From Candidatus Sericytochromatia bacterium (GTDB lineage: Bacteria > Cyanobacteriota > Sericytochromatia > S15B-MN24 > JAQBPE01): a DNA stretch of 64,000 bases. The notes under the pieces were generated by a model. That model was not told the DNA's origin and did not search any database. It worked only from the letters and a program-made list of their open reading frames with translations. Position 1 is the stretch's first letter. Each line of letters begins with the position of its first letter. Below are positions 36,550 to 46,458 of this stretch, in pieces. Both the position numbers and the translations under genes were made by a program. Location: assembly GCA_035285125.1 (NCBI GenBank), contig JAYKHR010000045.1, positions 192,001-256,000 of the forward strand, read 5' to 3'.

Positions 36550-37587
36550 ATGCGGTCCGTGGCCAGACAACGCGTCATGAGTGGAATGCGCACCACGGGC
36601 ACGCTGCACGTGGGGCACCACCTCGGCGTGCTCGTCAACTGGACGCGCCTTCAGGACAGCTACGACTGCTTCTTCGCGGCCGCCGACTGGCACATGCTCA
36701 CCACGGGCCTCGGCAAGACCGAGCACCTGCGCGCGCACACCCGGGCCATCGTGCTCGACTGGCTGGCCGCAGGCGTGGACCCCGACAAGGCCACCATCTA
36801 CGTCCAGTCCGCGGTGCTCGAGACCGCTGAGCTGCACCTGCTGCTCTCGATGGTCACGCCCGTCAACTGGCTCCAGCGCGACCCGACGCTCAAGGAGATG
36901 GTGCGGGAGCTCCACATGGCCGAGGACACCGTCAGCTATGGCCTGCTGGGTTACCCGGCCTTGCAGACGGCCGACATCCTGGGCGTGCTGGGGGCGCTGG
37001 TGCCCGTCGGGGAAGACCAGGTGGCCCACCTGGAGATCTCGCGGGACATCGCCCGGCGCTTCAACCACCAGTTCGGCGTGGAGCTCTTCCCGGAGCCGCG
37101 GCCGCTGTTGGCCCCGATGCCCGTGGTCTTCGGCCTCGACGGGCGCAAGATGAGCAAGAGCTACGGCAACGACATCAAGCTCGGAGACCCGGCCGAGGCC
37201 GTCACGCAGAAGGTCCTGAGCACCGTGACAGACCCGTCGCGGGCGCGCAAGACCGACCCGGGCCACCCCGAGGTGTGTGCGATCTACACCGGCTGGGAGA
37301 CCTACGCCCCGGCGGAGGCGCCCGCGGTGGCGGCGGCCTGCCGGGCTGGCGAGGTCGGCTGCGTCCAGTGCAAGCGCGACATGGCCGGGCGCATCAACGC
37401 GATGCTCGAGCCGATGCGCGAGCGGCGGGCGGTGCTGGCGGCCGATCCCGATCGCCTCGACGACATCGTGGCGGCTGGGAACCAGCGGGCCCGGGCCGTC
37501 ACGGCAGAGACCGTGGAGCGCGTGCGCGAGGCGATGGGCCTCAACCAGTACGACGGCACAGGCCGGCTGCGTCCGGCCGGCTCGTGA
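36550..37587 (+). CDS. trpS: Tryptophan--tRNA ligase
   Basis: SGMRTTGTLHVGH, GYPALQTADIL, VPVGEDQ, KMSKS. Confidence 0.97.
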   Translation: MRSVARQRVMSGMRTTGTLHVGHHLGVLVNWTRLQDSYDCFFAAADWHMLTTGLGKTEHLRAHTRAIVLDWLAAGVDPDKATIYVQSAVLETAELHLLLSMVTPVNWLQRDPTLKEMVRELHMAEDTVSYGLLGYPALQTADILGVLGALVPVGEDQVAHLEISRDIARRFNHQFGVELFPEPRPLLAPMPVVFGLDGRKMSKSYGNDIKLGDPAEAVTQKVLSTVTDPSRARKTDPGHPEVCAIYTGWETYAPAEAPAVAAACRAGEVGCVQCKRDMAGRINAMLEPMRERRAVLAADPDRLDDIVAAGNQRARAVTAETVERVREAMGLNQYDGTGRLRPAGS

Positions 37588-37656
37588 GCCCCGCCACCGA
37601 TCTCCCGACGCGCTCCCCCTACGATGACCCGGCCCCCCCTGACTAGCCCCTGAGCC

Positions 37657-38406
37657 ATGCCTGCCCAACGCCTGCAGAAGATCCTTGCCCAGGCCGGCAT
37701 CGCCTCCAGGCGCCACAGCGAGGCGCTGATCGTGGCGGGCCGGGTGGCCGTCAACGGCGTCGTGGTGACGCAACTCGGCGCCCAGGCCGACCCGGCGGTG
37801 GACCGCGTGGAGGTCGACGGCCGGCCTGTCCTGATCGCTTCCGAACGCGCCTACTACCTGCTCAACAAGCCCCGGGGCTACCTGAGCACGTGCTACGACC
37901 CACAGGGGCGCAAGACCGTGCTGGAGTTGGTGCCCTATGCGCCCGGGCTGCACCCTGTCGGGCGGCTGGACCGCGACACCTCGGGCCTGCTCATCGTCAC
38001 CAACGACGGTGGCTTCACCGAGGCGCTGACGCACCCGCGGCACGGCATCGCCAAGACCTACGTGGCCGAGGTGCGTGGCCGGCCGAGCGCCTCGGCGCTG
38101 ACGACGCTGCGAGACGGGGTGCGACTCGAGGGCGGCACCACCCTCCCGGCCCGCGTCGAGGCCCTGGACCGGCGCGCCGACACCACCACGCTGGCCGTCA
38201 CCATCCGGGAGGGACGAAACCGGCAGGTCCGACGTATGATGGAAGCCGTCGGTCACCCCGTGGTCCGGTTGGAGCGCGTCGCCATCGGTGAAATGACGGC
38301 TGGAAACCTTCCCGAGGGGCAGTTCCGGCCACTGTTGGAAGCGGAAGTCCAAGCGCTGCTGCGCAGCGCGCGGCGCACACAAGGTCGGGGGGGGGCCCGT
38401 GGCTAG
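37657..38406 (+). CDS. rRNA pseudouridine synthase, RsuA/RluB family
   Basis: S4 domain RLQKILAQAGIASRR, NKPRG, VGRLDRDTSG, EGRNRQVRRM. Confidence 0.95.
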   Translation: MPAQRLQKILAQAGIASRRHSEALIVAGRVAVNGVVVTQLGAQADPAVDRVEVDGRPVLIASERAYYLLNKPRGYLSTCYDPQGRKTVLELVPYAPGLHPVGRLDRDTSGLLIVTNDGGFTEALTHPRHGIAKTYVAEVRGRPSASALTTLRDGVRLEGGTTLPARVEALDRRADTTTLAVTIREGRNRQVRRMMEAVGHPVVRLERVAIGEMTAGNLPEGQFRPLLEAEVQALLRSARRTQGRGGARG

Positions 38407-39271
38407 CCTGAGCGAGGTCGGACAGCGTCTGAAGCAGGCGCGTGAGGCTCAGGGCCTCAGCCTGGCTGAGGTCTCCAGCCGTACGCGCATCACCGTGCGC
38501 CACCTCAAGGCCATCGAAGAGGGCCTTGAGGCGGACCTGCCGGAGGTGTTCTACGTCCGGGGCTTCCTCAAGAAGTACGCGGAGGTCGTGGGCCTCTCGC
38601 CCACCGACGTGGCGGACTTCTACAGGCCCGCGCCGGTTCCCACGGCACCCTTGCCGGACCTGCGCCAGGGCAGCGGCCCGCTGGGCTACTACGCGGCGAT
38701 CGGGGCTTTCTTGCTGCTGCTGCTCGGGCTGGCCTGGTACTTCCAACCCCGCGTCAGCGTGGTCGAGGCGCCCCAGCCCTCCCTGTCGCCCGCCGAGCCT
38801 GGCCAGGCCGAGGCCAGCGCCGTGGCGGCCGTGAGCCCGGACGTCGCTGCCACGCCTGCCCTCGAGGCCGTGGTGGCGACGCGCAGCGTGGCCGTCGAGG
38901 CCGCGGCTTCAGCTGCCCTCCCCGCCTCTGGTGCTCCCCCGGCTGAGCCTGTCGCCACGGCTGCGACGGCGGTCTCGTCCGCGCCGCCAAGCGTCGCGCC
39001 GACCGAGGCCCCGAGCCCTGCGGCAACGGCCAAGCCCGACACCATCTCCCTGACGCTTGCCCTCAAGGAGCGGTCCTGGATTGAGGTGCGCGTCGGCGGG
39101 CGCCTTGTGAAGGAAGGCATCGCGAACCGGGGCGAGATGCACCGCTTCAAGGGCAATGAAATAGAGGTCTCTGCTGGCAACGCCGGGGGTGTCCACGTGT
39201 TCCGGAACGGCCGGGAAGCCGGACGGCTCGGGGCCCACGGCGAGGTCGTGACCCGCGTCTTCAAACCCTGA
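38399..39271 (+). CDS. rodZ: RodZ-like protein (HTH-TM-DUF4115)
   Basis: LKQARE..LKAIEEG..YVRGFLKKYA, one TM, SWIEV..GNAGGV. Confidence 0.88.
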   Translation: MASLSEVGQRLKQAREAQGLSLAEVSSRTRITVRHLKAIEEGLEADLPEVFYVRGFLKKYAEVVGLSPTDVADFYRPAPVPTAPLPDLRQGSGPLGYYAAIGAFLLLLLGLAWYFQPRVSVVEAPQPSLSPAEPGQAEASAVAAVSPDVAATPALEAVVATRSVAVEAAASAALPASGAPPAEPVATAATAVSSAPPSVAPTEAPSPAATAKPDTISLTLALKERSWIEVRVGGRLVKEGIANRGEMHRFKGNEIEVSAGNAGGVHVFRNGREAGRLGAHGEVVTRVFKP

Positions 39272-39319
39272 GGCCTGCGCGCCGGGCGTGATGACGAGGG
39301 CTGAGGGGCTCCCGAAGGC

Positions 39320-39841
39320 ATGACCATCCAGCCATCCAACTCGCCTGGCGAGGTGCTCCAAGAGGCAGCGACCCGCGCGCGCAACATGGCCGTGGCGGCG
39401 GTGATGATCGTCATCCTCCTCGCCAAGCTGTTCTTGGATCGGGTGGTGGTGCCTCGCCTGCGGGCCCTGCAGGCCTGGATGGTGCGGCACCTCGCTGGCC
39501 TCGTCGTCTGGGCCTGGCGTCGATTGGCGCCCCGCTGGGAGCGCCTCAAGGTCTTGGCGTCCCAGACGCGCGTCGTGGTGGTGCGCCGGGTGCTGGAGGG
39601 CCTCATCCGGGTCCTGGCGCCGTTGGAGGCGACCTTGCTGACGGTCGTGGGCCACGCGAAGCAGCGGTCCAACGCGCTCGCCGAGCGCGGCGCCGTGTCC
39701 ATCGCCGAGGTGTTGCGGGCGACCTTCAACGCCATCGGGGCGCTGGCGCGCGCTGGCTTCAGCCGGCCCGCCGTGCAGGGGCTGCTCTCCAAGCTGCTCG
39801 CGCTCGCGGCAGAGGCGCAGAAACCCGGCCAAAAGCTGTAG
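39320..39841 (+). CDS. Hypothetical membrane-associated protein
   Basis: ORF fills the gap in the operon; amphipathic helices. Confidence 0.55.
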   Translation: MTIQPSNSPGEVLQEAATRARNMAVAAVMIVILLAKLFLDRVVVPRLRALQAWMVRHLAGLVVWAWRRLAPRWERLKVLASQTRVVVVRRVLEGLIRVLAPLEATLLTVVGHAKQRSNALAERGAVSIAEVLRATFNAIGALARAGFSRPAVQGLLSKLLALAAEAQKPGQKL

Positions 39842-39907
39842 AATTGGTGGCAGGTCGCCGATGTCATGGGCATCACATCCGACCCGTTCGAGAAGGGGGA
39901 GCGCCCA

Positions 39908-41257
39908 ATGGACATCGCCATCATCGGGAGCGGCTACGTCGGCCTCGTGACCGGCGCCTGCTTCGCGCACCTGGGGCATCGCGTCGTGTGCGTGGACAAC
40001 CAGGTCGCGAAGGTCGAGAAGCTCAAGGCGGGGCAGATGCCCATCTACGAGCCAGGTCTCGACGTGCTGGTGCGCACGAACGTGGCGGAGGGGCGGCTCC
40101 ACTTCACGACGGACATCGCCGAGGCCACGGCGTGCTCTGAGGCCATCTTCATCTGCGTCGGCACCCCGCCCAAACCGAACGGCGAGGCGGACCTGTCAGC
40201 CTTCGAGCACGTGGCGCGGGCGATGGCGCCGGCCATGAACGGCTACAAGCTCATCGTCGAGAAGAGCACGGTGCCGGTGCGCACGGGGGAGTGGCTGGCC
40301 GAGCTGTTCCGCAGCCACCTGCCCGCCGGTGCCGACTTCGACATCGCCAGCAACCCAGAGTTCTTGCGGGAGGGGTCGGCCATCCGGGACTTCCTGGAGT
40401 CCGACCGCGTGGTAATCGGCGTCAACTCGGACCGGGCCGCCTCCCTGCTCATCAAGCTGTACACCCCGCTGAATGCCCCGATCCTCGTGACGGACCTCAA
40501 TAGCGCAGAGCTCATCAAGCACGCCTCCAACGCGTTCCTTGCCATGAAGATCAGCTTCATCAACGCCGTGGCCCAAATTTGCGAGCGCACCGGGGCCGAC
40601 ATCACGAAGGTGGCAAAGGGTGTGGGCCTCGACAAGCGCATCGGGGAGCAGTTCCTGCGGGCCGGCGTGGGCTATGGCGGGGCGTGCTTCCCCAAGGACG
40701 TGGCGGCCTTCATCTCCATCGCCGAGAAGCACGGCTACGACTTCGAGCTGCTGAGGGCCGTGGAGCGCATCAACGCGGACCAGCGCCGCCACTTGGCCCA
40801 CAAGGTGACTGGTGCGCTGGGCGACGACCTCGTCGGCAAGGTTGTCGGCGTGCTCGGCCTGGCCTTCAAGCCCAACACCGACGACATGCGCGGGGCCCCC
40901 AGCGCGGAGATCATTCCCTGGCTGCAGGCGCGCGGCGCGGTGGTGCGGGTGTACGACCCCGTGGCGCACGAGACGGCTCGCGAGGTCCTGGCGGACGTCA
41001 CCTTCGTCGAGCACCCCTACGCCGCGGCGGAGGGGGCCGACTGCCTCCTGTTGCTGACGGAGTGGGCCGAGTTCCAGGGCCTGAACCTGCCTTACCTCAA
41101 GACGCTGATGCGTAGCCCGATCGTGGTCGATGGCCGCAACGTCTTCGAGCCCGGCAAGATGGCTTCGCTCGGGTTCATGTACGACTCCGTGGGTCGGCCG
41201 GCCGCCGAGCAGCGGTCCGAGGTCGCCGCTGAGGCCAACCCCAGCCGCGTGGGGTGA
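39908..41257 (+). CDS. ugd: UDP-glucose 6-dehydrogenase
   Basis: IGSGYVGL, KSTVP, NPEFLREG, GYGGACFPKD, GLAFKPNTDDMR. Confidence 0.95.
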   Translation: MDIAIIGSGYVGLVTGACFAHLGHRVVCVDNQVAKVEKLKAGQMPIYEPGLDVLVRTNVAEGRLHFTTDIAEATACSEAIFICVGTPPKPNGEADLSAFEHVARAMAPAMNGYKLIVEKSTVPVRTGEWLAELFRSHLPAGADFDIASNPEFLREGSAIRDFLESDRVVIGVNSDRAASLLIKLYTPLNAPILVTDLNSAELIKHASNAFLAMKISFINAVAQICERTGADITKVAKGVGLDKRIGEQFLRAGVGYGGACFPKDVAAFISIAEKHGYDFELLRAVERINADQRRHLAHKVTGALGDDLVGKVVGVLGLAFKPNTDDMRGAPSAEIIPWLQARGAVVRVYDPVAHETAREVLADVTFVEHPYAAAEGADCLLLLTEWAEFQGLNLPYLKTLMRSPIVVDGRNVFEPGKMASLGFMYDSVGRPAAEQRSEVAAEANPSRVG

Positions 41258-41263
41258 CGCGCG

Positions 41264-42052
41264 ATGTCTTCCTCGTGGCGCGCCCCTGACGGCGCCGAGA
41301 TTGCGTGGGCTTCCTGGGGGGAGGACGGCGAGCCTGTGCTCCTGCTGCACGGGGCGCTGTCCACGGCAGAGCAGAACTACAGGCTGGTGTTGGGGCCGCT
41401 GTCGGCCCGTCACCGGCTGATCGGGGTGGACCTGCGGGGGCATGGCGCCAGCAGCAACCCCGGGGGGCGCTTCGAGCTCGACATGCTGCGGGACGATGTG
41501 CTCGGCGTGCTGGATGCCCTGGGGCTCGGGCGCGTCCACGTCCTCGGCACCTCGCTCGGGGGCTATGTGGCGCTCGCGCTTCGCGCTGCCGCGCCGGAGC
41601 GGGTGGCCACCCTGGCCCTCGCGGGCGTCCGGCCGGGCTGGACCCGGGACCACGCCGCGGGCCGGCAGGAGTTCTTCCAGCCCGACGCGATCCTCCGGGC
41701 CTACCCGCACTGGGACCGCTACCTGGCGGAGCTCCACGGCCGCCACCACGGCCCGGACCACTGGCGGGGGCTGGCCCGGCAGGTCGGTACCCTCCTGGAG
41801 GGCCTGCCCGAGACGCCGGCCGTGGGCTGGGACGCCCTGGAGGCCGAGGGGGAGCGCCTGCCCCTGCTCTTCGTCGTGGGCGACCGTGACGAGCTCGTGC
41901 CGCTCGAAGCCTGCGTGGAGGTCCGGGCCAGGCGGCCGGACGCCCAGATCCTGGTTGTGCCACGGGCCGGGCACCTGTTCCGCGAGTACGAGCCCACGGT
42001 GTTCTCAGCGGCCTACGCGGCCTTCCTGCGCCGCCACCGACTGACGACCTGA
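41264..42052 (+). CDS. Alpha/beta hydrolase
   Basis: LLHG, DLRGHG, GTSLGG, GDRD, AGH. Confidence 0.9.
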   Translation: MSSSWRAPDGAEIAWASWGEDGEPVLLLHGALSTAEQNYRLVLGPLSARHRLIGVDLRGHGASSNPGGRFELDMLRDDVLGVLDALGLGRVHVLGTSLGGYVALALRAAAPERVATLALAGVRPGWTRDHAAGRQEFFQPDAILRAYPHWDRYLAELHGRHHGPDHWRGLARQVGTLLEGLPETPAVGWDALEAEGERLPLLFVVGDRDELVPLEACVEVRARRPDAQILVVPRAGHLFREYEPTVFSAAYAAFLRRHRLTT

Positions 42053-42148
42053 GGCTGCCGGCATGTGTACCGCGGCCTCAAGTCGTCAGGGTGATGCAGG
42101 TCTTGCCGGGCGCCGCCGGCTGCCGGCGGGCGCCCTTCGGTTCAGGGC

Positions 42149-43531
42149 TCAGTAACCCTCTGCCGTGAGCAGCTGGTCGACAGCCTCGAGGGTCTCGCGG
42201 CAGTCCTTGTCGTCGTTGCCGTCCGGGCTCTCGGCGCGCTTGAGCGCGCCGGCCAGCAGGCTGCGGGCGTCTGCCAGCTTCGTCCGGGTGACGGACTCCT
42301 TGCCACCGTATGCCAGCAGGTTGAACAGCTGCTCCAGCTTGTCCTCGGTGTCCTGGTCGAAGCCCCGCTGGTTGAGGTTATCCGGGTCGCGCTTGCCCAC
42401 GTGGTCGGTGTACTGCCCGTAGAGCTTTTGCAGCTCGCTGCGGAAGCGCGCCCCGAGCGTGGCCGTGGCCCCGCTGGCCGAGGCCACCCGGGCAGGCGTG
42501 CCGCCCGCGGTCTTCACCGCAGCGGGTCGCGCCGGCGTGGGGAACGGGGCGGGGGCATCGTGGTGGTCGTCGTCTCCGTGACCTGCCGAAGGGGCTGCGG
42601 TCTTGGCGTGGGTGTCGCCGTGGGCCGCGCCGTGGGCTGCGCCGTGGGCTGCGGTCTTGGCGTGGGCGTCGCCGTGGGCTGCGCCGTGGGCTGCGGTCTT
42701 GGCGTGGGCGTCGCCGTGGGCCGCGCCGTGGGCTGCGGGCTTGGCGTGGGCGTCGCCGTGGGCCGCGCCGTGGGCCGCGCCGTGGGCTGCGGGCTTGGCG
42801 TGGGCGTCGCCGTGGGCTGCGCCGTGGGCTGCGCCGTGGGCTGCGGGCTTGGCGTGGGCGTCGCCGTGGGCCGCGCCGTGGCTGGCTGGCTTGGCGTGGG
42901 CTGCGCCGTGGGCTGCGGGCTTGGCGTGGGCGTCGCCGTGGGCCGCGCCGTGGCTGGCTGGCTTGGCGTGGGCGTCGCCGTGGGCTGCGCCGTGGCTGGC
43001 TGGCTTGGCGTGGGCGTCGCCGTGGGCGTCGCCGTGGGCTGCGCCGTGGGCGGCGGGCTTCGTGGGAAGGGCCCCCTGGCTCAACAAGCCGACGAGCGGC
43101 CCCAGGCGGTTCGTGCGGGCATACTCCAGGGGGCTGAGGCCGTTGCTGTCCTTGGCGTTGGGGTCCGCGCCGCTGGCGATCAGCACCTTCACGACGGCAG
43201 GCTTCTTCCGCACGGTCGCGAGCAGCAGGGGGGTCCGGCCCACGTTGTCTCGCGCATCCACCGCAGCCCCACGGGCGAGGAGCGCCTTGCTCGTCAGCGG
43301 CCAGCCCGACTGGGCTGCCCAGTGCAGGGCGGTGTAGCCGTTCTCGTCCTGGGCTTCCACCGAGGCCCCCTGGTCCAGCAGGCTGGTCACCTTGGGGAGC
43401 AGGCCGCCGTAGGCAGCCTCGATCAGCTCGTTCTCCTGGGGCGTCCGGGCCGGGGCAGCCCAGGCTCCCAGCGTCGAGGCGCTGCCCACCAGGATGGTGG
43501 CGGCGAGGCTGAGAAACATCTTGCGGGACAT
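42149..43531 (-). CDS. Exported ankyrin-repeat protein with His-rich repeat region
   Basis: Signal peptide; GYTALHWAA, GRTPLLLA, GLSPLEYA ankyrin repeats; GGAGA RBS. Confidence 0.85.
   Translation of the reverse strand: MSRKMFLSLAATILVGSASTLGAWAAPARTPQENELIEAAYGGLLPKVTSLLDQGASVEAQDENGYTALHWAAQSGWPLTSKALLARGAAVDARDNVGRTPLLLATVRKKPAVVKVLIASGADPNAKDSNGLSPLEYARTNRLGPLVGLLSQGALPTKPAAHGAAHGDAHGDAHAKPASHGAAHGDAHAKPASHGAAHGDAHAKPAAHGAAHAKPASHGAAHGDAHAKPAAHGAAHGAAHGDAHAKPAAHGAAHGAAHGDAHAKPAAHGAAHGDAHAKTAAHGAAHGDAHAKTAAHGAAHGAAHGDTHAKTAAPSAGHGDDDHHDAPAPFPTPARPAAVKTAGGTPARVASASGATATLGARFRSELQKLYGQYTDHVGKRDPDNLNQRGFDQDTEDKLEQLFNLLAYGGKESVTRTKLADARSLLAGALKRAESPDGNDDKDCRETLEAVDQLLTAEGY
42605..43060 (-). 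repeat. Coding tandem repeat: ten K(P/T)A(A/S)-(HG(A/D)A)n-HA units on a 12-bp core
   Basis: GCCGTGGGC-containing 12-bp repeat visible directly; 152 aa with 33 His. Confidence 0.95.
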
Positions 43532-43605
43532 GGAATCTCCTCGGAGGTGGGGCGCGTTACAGTATACCCGACCGGCTCCCCGACGCGGGGACCGGCGCGG
43601 CCGCC

Positions 43606-44427
43606 TCAACCGGCGGGCGTTGGCGAGGGCGAGGGCGAGGCGGGGGGCTGTGGCGCTGTCGCCGCAACCGTCTCGGTGGGAGAGAGCGGGCCCGACGCCA
43701 CCGCGGCAGGCTCTGCCGGCAGCGGGTAGACAGGATCGCCGTCGAGCAGCGTGAACCCTGAAAAGACGCGGTCGTACTCGCTGGCTGCCGCCGCGTAGCG
43801 AACCTCGGGCACCGAGAGCCGGACGATGTAGCCGCGGTTGCGGTGGGTCACCGCGCGCGTCACCATCCGCATCGCCAGCGTGCCGCCGGCGCGCGGCAGC
43901 CCCACCACCGACACCTGGTAGCCGGGCAGGCCAGCCAGCTTGGCCGGGCCCTCCACGAGCTCTGCCGCGTCCTGGAAGTTCTGCCGGGTGGTGAGGCGCG
44001 TCAGCTCCTCGAGGGAGGCCGCTGGCGGCGTGCCCGGGGTCAGCGGGCGGTTGATGGTGATCACCCGCAGCGACTCGGCCACCGAGCCCCCCTCCGCCAC
44101 CGGGATCGACCGCCCGACGGAGATGCGCAGCGTCGAGAGCCCGCTAGGGTCTGTCTGATCGAGCAGCGGCTGGACCACGTCCTGGCCGGCCTCGTTGCGG
44201 GCCGCCGTCCCCATCATTCCCCAGTAGCCAGGGTACACGAGTTCGAAGTCCGGTGCCTTGTGGCTCTGGTCCTGCGGCGTCGGCGCGGCCTGGGCCGTGC
44301 GCTTCGCCTCGAAGTCGCGGCAGGCGTCCGTGAGGCACAGCCCCGTGGGCGGGGTCGCGAGCATGCAGCCGTGCAGGAGGCCGCCCGCCAGGGTCAGAAG
44401 CATCGCGGGGGTGTGGGTGCGTCGCAT
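43606..44427 (-). CDS. Lipoprotein, possible PsbP/DcrB-like fold
   Basis: Lipobox LHGC; FELVYPGYW..LAGLPG..GYIV..YDRVFSGF; AGGAGG RBS. Confidence 0.7.
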   Translation of the reverse strand: MRRTHTPAMLLTLAGGLLHGCMLATPPTGLCLTDACRDFEAKRTAQAAPTPQDQSHKAPDFELVYPGYWGMMGTAARNEAGQDVVQPLLDQTDPSGLSTLRISVGRSIPVAEGGSVAESLRVITINRPLTPGTPPAASLEELTRLTTRQNFQDAAELVEGPAKLAGLPGYQVSVVGLPRAGGTLAMRMVTRAVTHRNRGYIVRLSVPEVRYAAAASEYDRVFSGFTLLDGDPVYPLPAEPAAVASGPLSPTETVAATAPQPPASPSPSPTPAG

Positions 44428-44450
44428 GGGGCCTCCTGCCGACCGGATGA

Positions 44451-44918
44451 TCACGGCGCCAACCGGGCCAGCACCTCTTCGGCGTGGATGTCCGTCTTGG
44501 GCTTCTTGAAGACGTGCCGCACGATGCCGTCCGCGCCGATCAGGAACGTCGTCCGCAGAATGCCGGTCACCGTCTTGCCGTACATCGACTTGGAGCCCCA
44601 GGTGCCATAGGCCTCTGCGACGGCGTGGTCCGGGTCGGCCAGCAGCGGAAACGGCAGAGCGTACTTGGTGGCGAACTTCTCGTGGGACGCCACGCCGTCC
44701 GGGCTGACGCCGAGCACCACCACCCCCTGGGCCTGCAGCGTCGCCCAGTGGTCGCGGAACGAGCACGCCTCCTTGGTGCAGCCGGGCGTGTCGTCCTTCG
44801 GATAGAAGTACAGCACCACGGTCTTGCCCCGCAGGGCCTCCAGGGAGACGGCCTCTCCCGTGTGTGCCGTGAGCGTGAAGGCCGGGGCCGCTTGCCCGGA
44901 CTCGATCATGGGGGCCAT
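44451..44918 (-). CDS. bcp: Thioredoxin-dependent peroxiredoxin BCP/PrxQ
   Basis: YFYPKDDTPGCTKEACSFRD, RTTFLI. Confidence 0.95.
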   Translation of the reverse strand: MAPMIESGQAAPAFTLTAHTGEAVSLEALRGKTVVLYFYPKDDTPGCTKEACSFRDHWATLQAQGVVVLGVSPDGVASHEKFATKYALPFPLLADPDHAVAEAYGTWGSKSMYGKTVTGILRTTFLIGADGIVRHVFKKPKTDIHAEEVLARLAP

Positions 44919-44974
44919 TGGAGGGGCTCCTTCCTGAGGGGTCGGTCGCGCACCTGCGAGCGCGCCGCGACATT

Positions 44975-46291
44975 CTACCCCGTGCCGGCCTTGGGGGCGA
45001 CCGGGGCGGGGCAGGCGCGGCCCTTCCATGGGACGCCCCCCTTGCGCCAAGCCTGCCGCGACATCAGCACGAGACCCAGCCAGGCGCCGGCCGCGAGCGG
45101 GGCGAGGGGCGCGGTCCAGGGGGCTCGCCCCAGCTGCACCACTTGCAAGGCCCGCCCGGCGATCGCCAGGAGGGTCTGGAGCAACCCGGCCGTGGCGAGC
45201 CCGGGCCAGCCGGCCAACCAGCCCACCAGGGCCGCCAGGGGAGGCAACACGTACAGCACGGCGACGGCGGCGAGAAGCCCGAAGCAGGGGCCATCCGAGC
45301 CCCCCAGCGCCGGGTACAGGCGCCGACGCAGTGCCTCCAGCACGGCCGGGGGACCGGCCAGCGGCCCTGTCACCGTGCCGGCGCCGGCATCGCGCAGCAG
45401 CACCCGGCCCCCGGCGGCCTTGACGGCCCGGGTGAGGGCCAGCCCCGTCGCCGTGGCAGCGGGGGTGCCGGCGTGGCCTCCCGCGCGCAGGTAGCTGCCG
45501 CGTTCGACAAGGAGGCACCCGGCAAACGGCCAGGCCAGGCGGGGATCCGGATGGCTCTCCAGCAGCTCCAGGGGGGCCAGGGCCAGCAGCAGGTCCTGGT
45601 GAAGGGGCGAGGCCAGGGCTTGGAGGGGGGGCCCCGCCGCCTCGCGGGGGCACCAGGCCACCAGGGTGGCCGAGGCGTCCTCGGCAGCCGCCAGGGCGGC
45701 CTGCAAGGCGCCAGGGGCCAGCGTGACGTCGGCGTCCAGGAACACCAGCCAGCGCCCCCGCGCCTCCTCGTAGCCCCTCGCGCAGGCCCAAGCCTGGCCG
45801 GACCAGCCAGCCTCGGGCTCGGGGGTCGCGATCACCCGCACGCGGGGATCCTCGTCGGCCGCTGCCCGGGCGGCGTCGGCCGTGCCGTCGGTGGAGCCGT
45901 CGTCGATGATCAGCACCTCCACCTCGGGGAGATCCTGCGCCCGCACGCTCGCGATGCAGGCCCCGATGCCGGCCGCCTCGTCGCGGGCCGGGATCACCAC
46001 CGAGATTTGCGGGGCGGGGGGGGCGTCACCCCGTGGCGGCTCCTGCCCGCCCAGCCCGGTGGCCAGCACCGGGGCTAGGCCTGGGTCCCCCGGCGCGGTG
46101 GCCTGCTCCAAGGCCGGGCCGCGTTCGACCCCGCCGCTGGCAGCCGCGGCGCTGTCGGGGGGCTCTGGGGCCGACCCCCCGCCGGGCTGCGGGGCCTGTC
46201 CCCGGAAGCGACGCAGGTTCCACACCGTCAAGACGAGGTGGGTGGTGCCCAGCAGTGGCCAGGCCATGGCAACCAAGGCAGTGAGTTGCAC
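44975..46291 (-). CDS. Membrane GT2 glycosyltransferase (CruC/HpnB-like)
   Basis: VIPARDE, DDGSTDGT, GWSGQAWAC, FLDADV, C-terminal TMs and VPWKGR. Confidence 0.8.
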   Translation of the reverse strand: MQLTALVAMAWPLLGTTHLVLTVWNLRRFRGQAPQPGGGSAPEPPDSAAAASGGVERGPALEQATAPGDPGLAPVLATGLGGQEPPRGDAPPAPQISVVIPARDEAAGIGACIASVRAQDLPEVEVLIIDDGSTDGTADAARAAADEDPRVRVIATPEPEAGWSGQAWACARGYEEARGRWLVFLDADVTLAPGALQAALAAAEDASATLVAWCPREAAGPPLQALASPLHQDLLLALAPLELLESHPDPRLAWPFAGCLLVERGSYLRAGGHAGTPAATATGLALTRAVKAAGGRVLLRDAGAGTVTGPLAGPPAVLEALRRRLYPALGGSDGPCFGLLAAVAVLYVLPPLAALVGWLAGWPGLATAGLLQTLLAIAGRALQVVQLGRAPWTAPLAPLAAGAWLGLVLMSRQAWRKGGVPWKGRACPAPVAPKAGTG

Positions 46292-46414
46292 GGCACCTAC
46301 GGGTGAGGTGGGGGGACGGCGGGCGCAGAACGCCCCGGTCCTGGCCAGATACCCGCCGCGCGGCCTTCCCTCTCGCCTGGCCCCGCGCGGGCCTGACTTG
46401 GGCCCGCCTGGGTC

Positions 46415-46458
46415 TTGAATTTTGCCATGGCCATCGATACTATTTAGGCATGCCTAAA
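46415..46458 (+). promoter_or_regulatory. Leaderless promoter with DtxR/MntR operator spanning the start codon
   Basis: TTGAAT-17-TACTAT, ATG 6 nt after the -10; perfect palindrome TTTAGGCATGCCTAAA (46443-46458). Confidence 0.8.

Noticed and set aside
42605..43060. CRISPR-like or non-coding repeat array; + strand ORFs 42401-43729 and 42603-43337 (AAPW repeats)
   Set aside because: No unique spacers or cas genes; the repeat is in frame within the - strand ankyrin gene and the + strand ORFs are its shadows
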